A DNA stretch of 55,401 bases, counting the filler, from Asterionella formosa (Eukaryota): NCBI GenBank assembly GCA_002256025.1. It is 5 parts of 5 records of this genome, joined end to end, with 100 filler letters (N's around TTAATTAATTAA, not from the genome) between each part and the next. Parts side by side here need not be neighbours in the genome. Positions count along the whole stretch, not along the records: positions 44,415 to 55,401 come from NKIB01008933.1; 4 more parts are not named here. One strand, 5' to 3'. The notes below the pieces were generated by a model. The model had not been told where the DNA came from and did no database searches. It saw only the letters and a list, made by a program, of their open reading frames with translations. This document shows, one piece after another, positions 47,136-55,401 of the stretch (the first letter of the stretch is position 1; each line of letters starts with the position of its first letter). The position numbers and the translations under genes are program-made.

Positions 47136-49160
47136 TTTGTTCAGTATGAAATATGGACTGTCGGATTCGAAAATCAATAACACTCCCATACCGTGATTTT
47201 ACTCATGACGTGACACAGCACATCTTTTAGTATACGGGTAGTATACTGTAATTTAGCGGAATCCATATACCGGTATGTGTGTATGTAACTAGTAATACAG
47301 TGTAGGTAAGTGAAATCTTTTGTTATGACGGCTGTTTGGGAAACTCCTTATGTTTGGCAATTTGCTGCTTGAGGGATCATTCTTTCACCTTGCTGTTGGA
47401 GCTGTGAAGTAAGAATTTTTCTTTGATTGTGCCTTTGGTGGTTGAAATGGTCACTTTTCATCATGCTGCTTGCCTGCTTCAATCCTTCAAAGCAGTTAAT
47501 CAAACTCTATGTCCAGTTTCTTGGTGCTGGCTGGTACTAGATTTTCTTTTTAGTTCTCCTGGTTGCTCTTGTGGTGTGATGAGCCAATGTGAATGCTTTT
47601 GTCAACTTCCGTTATCATCTTGTTGCAGTCCCTGTCTTGTTAATCGCTCCTAATCTTCTGGATCATAATAAGTAAATGCTAAAAAAAAATTTAAGTATGC
47701 GTTATAGCGACTTGACTATAGTGGAGTTTGTTGGGTTGCACTGTCGCCAGAGGACCAGGATTGTACTAGATGTAGGACATTAGAGTCGGGCAAGAAGGAT
47801 CCCAAGTGGAGGAGAAAGATGCTGTAACTGTAATAGACATGAGTCAGTCAAGGAGCCAATGTGGCTCTTAGAGTGTGGTGGATAAAGTGAGAGAAGTAAG
47901 AGTCAGTGAGAGCGAGAGACAGACAGAGGTAGAAATATGGAAGAATGATAGCTTGGAAGCTATGGATGATGGAATTGATAAGGTGTTTATACTCAGATGA
48001 ATGACAAGCTGCAGTCAAAACGAATTGATAGCTAAAGCAATTCTGAAAGCTTGTGCAAGGCAGCTTGTTTGATTTGTTGATAATCAAAAGGATAGATGAG
48101 GAAACACAGGTATGGAAGCACATTATTGCTGGAAGGGAGGTCTTGATAGTGCTGGCATCGACTTGTTCTGAGCTGTCATTGACTGAAATTGGAGTGGTGA
48201 CAGGCTTTGATAATAAATAAATGAGTAATACTTGATGCCATGATGAATTTGATGATAGATTAGCTAGGAGTCAAGAGAGGAGACGCGTGCAGTTAGAGAG
48301 ATCCGAGAAAAGTGACATTCTTGATGCCGTTGGTGCCTGATGGCAGAGAGGAGTGTGGGTGGCAACAATAGAAGAAAGCTTCTTGGATTTTCCGGAGGGT
48401 CTCCCGAAGTCTTCCAGGTGAATATAAGAGAATTTGAAGGTGGTAGAGAGAGACAGAAAGTTCGTGGGAGGAGGAATAAGCAGTCGTTTGAAGAAGTGCT
48501 GTGAGAGGTGTGCAAACTAGGCGAAATTAGTTGTCTCAGGAAGGTAGGNNNNNNNNNNNNNNNNNNNNNNNNNNNNNNNNNNNNNNNNNNNNNNNNNNNN
48601 NNNNNNNNNNNNNNNNNNNNNNNNNNNNNNNNNNNNNNNNNNNNNNNNNNNNNNNNNNNNNNNNNNNNNNNNNNNNNNNNNNNNNNNNNNNNNNNNNNNN
48701 NNNNNNNNNNNNNNNNNNNNNNNNNNNNNNNNNNNNNNNNNNNNNNNNNNNNNNNNNNNNNNNNNNNNNNNNNNNNNNNNNNNNNNNNNNNNNNNNNNNN
48801 NNNNNNNNNNNNNNNNNNNNNNNNNNNNNNNNNNNNNNNNNNNNNNNNNNNNNNNNNNNNNNNNNNNNNNNNNNNNNNNNNNNNNNNNNNNNNNNNNNNN
48901 NNNNNNNNNNNNNNNNNNNNNNNNNNNNNNNNNNNNNNNNNNNNNNNNNNNNNNNNNNNNNNNNNNNNNNNNNNNNNNNNNNNNNNNNNNNNNNNNNNNN
49001 NNNNNNNNNNNNNNNNNNNNNNNNNNNNNNNNNNNNNNNNNNNNNNNNNNNNNNNNNNNNNNNNNNNNNNNNNNNNNNNNNNNNNNNNNNNNNNNNNNNN
49101 NNNNNNNNNNNNNNNNNNNNCCAACACCCCATTGATAAAATCAACCTATTATTTGATTAA

Positions 49161-51462
49161 TTACAATGGCCATTGAAGATTATTGAGACAGGGTATGCTG
49201 CTTTTACATAGCGCAACAACCGTGATTGGCCCCTTGGTCTCAGGAATATAGCATTGAGCAGAATCAGCAATAGGACTTAAATAGAGCAAGTAAACCTTCT
49301 TAAACTTTGTAAGCCATCCAGCCTTATCGCACATAGCTGTAAACTGTTCCAGCACATCGTCATGTTTTGAAATACGTAAATGGACACCACACACAAATTG
49401 ACCACACTTCCAGATGAGATCAATTGCGGGAAATTTGGAGTTTTGGGGTACATACATTCCATCCCATTCCATGATTTTCGGCAAATGTTTTGAGGGAAAG
49501 GTTTCAATGAGATTGAATTTTTTCAAAGGCAGGGATCTCTCGAAGGTAACATCTGCATTGCTTAAACAACGATTGATCACAATGAGTTCAAAAATCCGAC
49601 TTCGAGCATCATTCGTCAAATCATGGTTGGCACAGTCGTCCAAAAGTACTTGCTCATGTTTATGAACAAAAGCCATAATGTCGTTCCAAAAGAAGATTCG
49701 GTACCCGTCTAATACCAAAGGATACAAAGGCGAATAGCGATTAGTCTCCTTCCCCTTACAAGGTACTGAATACATCCTGTCATAATGTATTCGATTTCCT
49801 GTATTTGACAAAACGCAACCAACAGCAGATGCTGTGATACCATCAAATGTATATTTCATTTTCTTGTCATGCAAACTTCCAAGAGAATCTAGAATTGATC
49901 ACAATTCATCCTCTTCATAGTCGTCAAAAGAAAACTTGAAGGAAATCAGTTTCCTCACCTGCAAGGGCACCCCACCAGTCACCTTTAGTATTTTTTCGCT
50001 GTCATTTCGGGTAGCCAATTCCTTAAAGGCAAGCTTTATTTCTTTCAAATCCATGTTGCAAGGGTGATTGTATTCCTCAAACCCTCAATGACTTTCCTTG
50101 TAGGCAACCTCATTGTTTGTTGAAGCTGAGATGATGGAGACAATGCGGCGGCCTCGCTTCATTATGTTGTTGATGGCACTAAAAGGAAAGGGAAGCGTAC
50201 TCAGATCTTTGGCGTCTTTCAGCAATGACCGAGAAAACAACCTGTTGATCTGATCGAAAATAAGGACCCATCTCCTGTCCATATGTTGGAGAATCAAGTC
50301 AATGGCATCAACAAAAGTATTCAGACGTTCCAATTGTTCGTCCAAGTCTGAGCCGATCTGCCACCTGACAGCCGTTAATGAAGTACCAAATGAATTGCAT
50401 ATTGCATTGTACAAGTCGCTAACACATTCCCATCGATCACAGTCTGGAATGAAAGTAACGAGGTATTTGCAGCTGCTGTCATACTGCAGCGAACGAACCA
50501 AGGTTGACAAGTGAGTGCGACTTGCCAATTACATGCGGACCTTTCATTATGATTCCAGACCGACGATTTTTCTTGAAGGTACCGTCAATCACTTTCATCA
50601 TTTCCTTCACAATTTGAGGGCGATATAAAATTCCCCTATTATCGCAGTCATCGAACCGCAAATGTTGGACCTTGTGCCTCCAGTAACTATCTTTGGGGGA
50701 AAAAGCAGATATAGCAGAAACAGAATTAAGCTCGTTCGCCTCTTTCGGATCAATATCGTAGACATGCATTTTCTCTGGAACGCTCCGCTCCTCCTGCTCC
50801 TTTTTCAACTGATCAAAATAATCTTTGAGCTTCTCCTCAAGCAGCACTTCNNNNNNNNNNNNNNNNNNNNNNNNNNNNNNNNNNNNNNNNNNNNNNNNNN
50901 NNNNNNNNNNNNNNNNNNNNNNNNNNNNNNNNNNNNNNNNNNNNNNNNNNNNNNNNNNNNNNNNNNNNNNNNNNNNNNNNNNNNNNNNNNNNNNNNNNNN
51001 NNNNNNNNNNNNNNNNNNNNNNNNNNNNNNNNNNNNNNNNNNNNNNNNNNNNNNNNNNNNNNNNNNNNNNNNNNNNNNNNNNNNNNNNNNNNNNNNNNNN
51101 NNNNNNNNNNNNNNNNNNNNNNNNNNNNNNNNNNNNNNNNNNNNNNNNNNNNNNNNNNNNNNNNNNNNNNNNNNNNNNNNNNNNNNNNNNNNNNNNNNNN
51201 NNNNNNNNNNNNNNNNNNNNNNNNNNNNNNNNNNNNNNNNNNNNNNNNNNNNNNNNNNNNNNNNNNNNNNNNNNNNNNNNNNNNNNNNNNNNNNNNNNNN
51301 NNNNNNNNNNNNNNCAATGGTACTTAAACTATTTTCACATTTAATCTTCACGGCATCCATCAAGTCTGCAACGTCATCATTCGGATTCAAAGTGACATAC
51401 AAGGGCACTTGTGCTTTGCGTCCAAGAAACAACTGGAACCAAACCTTCGTTCTTGTCGACAT
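49161..51462 (-). pseudogene. Crinkler/CR-type effector gene: ubiquitin-like header + P-loop NTPase + restriction-endonuclease-fold domain; disrupted
   Basis: Header VWFQL...DDVADLMDAVKIK. Walker A GPHVIGKS, Walker B VLIFDQIN, TGGVPL, and REase-like YVPQNSKFPAIDLI...V.LRISKH. Frameshift near 50500, in-frame TGA at 50085-50087 and 49899-49901, and an N gap inside. Confidence 0.78.
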
Positions 51463-52359
51463 GATGGTATCTGATAGGGAAGTCCAAATAAATGGAAGTG
51501 AAAAGAGGGCAACCTCGTATCAATCTTGAAACAAAAGTGAGCCCTGTTGTGACTATGATACCGGTGGTGGTACTGGTACCAATACCATCTAAAAACTCAG
51601 GGGTTCTCATCATTTTGGATAGGGTATCAAAATATTTAGAAAAGTATCATGCAATGGCTACCGGTATTCGATTTAAAATGAAAATATTCATTCTCAAGAA
51701 AAAATTTGATAGAATTCGTATCACCCTAAAGCATCACAAATATTCAAAGGCTTAGGCTGGCTACAGACATGTGCTTTTCCTTCCAGACTATTGCATTCAT
51801 TAACCAGCACTCAAACCATGTAGAGGACATTCTAGCAATGACAGTTGACAATCAACAATGAAGGTGCCGAGGATTGTGATAAGTACTCTGACACCAGCAG
51901 CAATGGGCTTACCTTCTCCTCCACAATCTTTGCACAACCAAAGCTCTATCCTCCAAACAGATACTGTGTAGTTTCAAACTCTGCCAGAAGATTGGATGGA
52001 GTAGGCATGGTTGGGATTACATGCAGGGACAATTTTTGTTTTTGTTGCTTCTTGATGCTGATGATGCAGCAATGAAAATTTACACATTGGCTGGTGTTTC
52101 TCACTCATTCAAATGGCTGATAAGGCAAGAGTATGAATGATGACAGAGAATTTGAGAAAAAAGGTGGTTTGCATATAAGCTGATGAAATATTTTTTTTAA
52201 TAACTTAGAACAAAATATTGCCCAAATGTGACAATGACGTATTCGAAAGCATCCACTGGCCCGGTGGACGCTTTCGAATACGTCAAGTCCCAGTGGTACC
52301 ATTGCTTGATGAAGGAGAACAACATGCTAAACATTAAGACTCAGACCTCTTTGTGTATC

Positions 52360-53410
52360 CCTACTAGGTCGATGTTTTGAGTCTTTTAACAAAAATATGA
52401 TCAATGGACACTCAGTGGAAGCTTGTTGACTGATTTCAGTAAATCCTGTGACATGGCTAACACATGTACCTTGTTCAGTCCAGCAGATTACTTGCTTGTT
52501 CTTCTACTGCAACAAAAGATGCCTCACAGATATCGCCTTGTCTGATTGGATGAGTGCTGCAATACAACCAGATGCTCAGTCCCATGACAGTCTAAAAAAA
52601 TTCATGGTGATGTGCCTGGAGGGTTATCTTCCTCATGATATCTTTGAGAGTCAGCATCTGTGGATGCCATGATAATACTCGATAAAACATTTCAACATGG
52701 TATTGATGGACTTTGCTGCCTGTCTCAAGAATTTAAATAATCTCCTCAAGCTCATGATGCCTCATCCAGAAGGAGATCAGGAGGTCTTGGCCAACGACGA
52801 TTTGAGGTTGATTGTCATTTACTTAATGCCCGATGTGTGGCAGCAAGAGTTTAAAGGGAAAAATGATAAGAACATAAAACAAATGATTCGCTTGTTGATT
52901 TTGACTTACTTCAAGAGTCAACAATCATTCAAAGATCATCTCAAGCACATCTGCAAGTATGAGTTCTACTATGCATAACACAACATCGTCTTCGCATCGC
53001 TGAAGGCAAGAATAGTGTTTTGAAGTTGAAGAGAATCCTGTGATACATCAAGAAAACAAGCGTGACTAGTGTCGATTTTTAACAAAAGGTCATCTTCGAA
53101 TTGCTGAATGCAGTCATTTGTTGTATCAAGGGAAAAAGGATGTCAAGTGTCAATTTGTATGCGGTAATTTTAAACTACTAAGTGGTAATGGCAGAGCACA
53201 TGCAATTTTAATGCTGCCGGCCATACATGGGATAGCGAAACAATGGCCAAACCTAAGGCCTGTCAAATTAACATGATTACTAACACTACTAACCCTGTTC
53301 CTGTTCCTCTTGCGTGGAAATTCTACGCAGAGCGAATTATCATACTGACAGCTAACTCTGCTCATGTTTTCCTTGCGTGCATGTTTTCTACAAATTCATG
53401 GGTTAAAATA
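52360..53410 (+). repeat. Second copy of Gypsy gag-like region (inverted relative to 2980-4100)
   Basis: MVLMDFAACLKNLNNLLKLMMPHPE matches MLVTMDFVACLKTLNKLLKLMMTHPE. Confidence 0.8.
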
Positions 53411-53702
53411 TATGGCGCCATTTACGGCAATTTTTCGAATTTATTCCTAAAGTGACGAATTTATGCTACTTTTCGAAAATATTATGTTACTTTTTCCGTC
53501 ACTTATCGAATTATTATGTGATTATTATTTGTGTTCGCGACAATATATGTTGACCAACTAGCCATCATGACAGTATAAAAGTGAAATTATGCTGCTTTCA
53601 CCATGAATGAAGCAAAGAAAGAGTCGCCAATTCCGATTCACTTATTATCTTGTCCGCTCCGACATATTTCTTTGATCTGAACTGGCAAAGAAGCTTTCCA
53701 CA

Positions 53703-54240
53703 ATAGAATTCGTACATTTGATTAGAAACAGCTGTTGCATATTTTAACATTCATTGCATGTCGCTGTAGTCGTGCTGACTTGAAATTGAGATAATGTGCC
53801 GCAATGGCCTTCTCCTTTTCGGAGCGGCTACAAATAGTCTACAGCGATAAGTCTAGCAAGTACAATGTAGAAAAAGAAGCAAAGGATGAGTATCAGTCAA
53901 CAGTTGAATTTGTAAATTTGTTTAGAAACAGCTGTTACATGCTATTTTAACATTCATTGCATGTCGCCATCATAGTTGTGCTGACTCAAAATTGAGATGT
54001 GCCGCAATGGCCTTCTCCTTTTCGGATTGGCTATACTAAGTATACAGCGATAACTTTAGCAAGTACAATGTAAAAAAGAAGCAAAGGATGAGTAGCTGTC
54101 AACGATTGAATTCGTAAATTTGTTTAGAAACAGCTGTTGCATATTTAACATTCATTGCACCATGTCGCCATAGTGAGTCGAAATTGAGATGTGCCGAAAT
54201 GGCCTTGTTGCATATTTTAACATTCATTGCATGTCGCCAT
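53703..54240 (+). repeat. ~200-bp tandem repeat, ~2.5-3 copies
   Basis: TTAGAAACAGCTGTT..ATATTTTAACATTCATTGCATGTCGC recurs at ~53721, ~53923 and ~54124, with a partial copy at ~54205. Confidence 0.9.
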
Positions 54241-55401
54241 ACAGTAAAAGCAAAAAATTGATATGATAGTATTATATAGTGAATAGGATCTATGTATACG
54301 GATGCATTGATATATACATCACCATAATATTATATGTGGTATGGGTTGATGCATATCACATACTGGTATGCTCCACAACCAGCCATCACGTTCATCATCA
54401 TGTTGTTTTTCCTTATATATATGTATTGTGTAAACACTACACTGGCGGAACATGCATATTACACTGTGCTCTGTTCAATAATTGCTACACTCGGTTACCA
54501 TCACACCAGTTGCACTTCCACAAGCGAATCATTTCTTCTCATTGTTACTGTAACTGCATAGTAGGACAATAAAACCAATCAAACAACGGAATAGTCGGCG
54601 AGTTCAGAGTGACACTAACAGCAGGAAAAGAGTCGCAAACATTAGTTGGCACTGCCTCACACATGATTCAGAATAAAGGAAGGAAAGCGCAAGACAGCAA
54701 CAATATACATTGAGCCAAGCAGAGAGAGACTTTGGGTCGCTGGCCTGTAAAATCATAGTAGATAGCAATGCTAAATTTGATAGTTAAATTAAAATCCATT
54801 TCAATCTATTTTAAACAATGCTTGTGATTACTTTTATGATCATGTTTAAGATAGATATATGATAAAACAATTCACATGATAGCATAGAGTTAAGCTGATT
54901 TTAGGATGCATTGTAGATATAATTTACATCGGGCGATCACGAGAAGTGAAAATAATATGAGAAGGTTTATGATATAGATGGGAAATGTTGTTGATCAGTT
55001 TATATACATTGTGTGATGATAATGTTCTTATTATCATTATATTTCAAGGTTGGTAAAATATTAATGAATCATCATACTAGTTACAACATACCTTGATCAT
55101 ATTTTTGATCCAAAAATTATCATATACAATGAATACTACTACAATGACTAGCACAATTTAATATTCGAATTGAATATTCCATAATGTTGCAGACTAAATG
55201 TTTCTTATTTGACTGCAAGAAGATGGTCCATTTACTGCAACTTGCAGATACAAATATATAGAATTATTGATGCTACAGCCATACTACTATGGCTGTATTT
55301 CCCGGTACGACATGCATATGATGACGACTTCTGAAACAAGACCGCGACAACACAGCAAAAATCGATTATTTCACGACTTCGTGTAGCTCGTCAAGTCGTG
55401 T

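Noticed and set aside
47340..48548. Strand-skewed region that looks like decayed coding or retroelement DNA
   Set aside because: No reliable RT, integrase or recombinase motif could be read.
53703..54240. CRISPR-like array
   Set aside because: The units are long diverged tandem copies without unique spacers, there are no cas genes, and the context is eukaryotic.

Overview
This is eukaryotic nuclear DNA, very probably from a diatom or related photosynthetic stramenopile. The evidence is GT-AG introns, proteins with a signal peptide plus 'A-F' bipartite plastid presequence, and CoDi-like Copia and Gypsy relics. The window is not one locus. It is five ~11-kb scaffolds (about 1-11015, 11116-22119, 22220-33217, 33318-44314, 44415-55401) joined by an artificial N44-TTAATTAATTAA-N44 spacer, with further internal N gaps. 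Recognisable genes: VPS11 apparently lacking its RING finger; a two-exon plastid-targeted membrane protein with a C-terminal SAP/HeH-like module; a La-motif protein; a 2H phosphoesterase; a four-exon EF-hand membrane protein; a serine carboxypeptidase S10; a linker-histone H15-FKBP fusion; an ankyrin-like protein; mitochondrial EF-Tu; a second plastid-targeted protein; and a disrupted Crinkler-type (header-NTPase-REase) gene. Much of the rest is decayed mobile DNA: a Gypsy relic with paired LTR-like repeats, three Copia fragments, a solo LTR, DNA-transposase relics and a Harbinger/Tourist terminus. The most striking unexplained signal is the palindrome TACCGGTA, about 25 copies counted by eye, plus TACCWGGTA, TACCGTA and TACGGTA variants. 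Comparing repeat copies shows it arises by insertion of CCGGTA at TA sites. This suggests pervasive transposon-excision footprinting or another TA-specific micro-insertion process.
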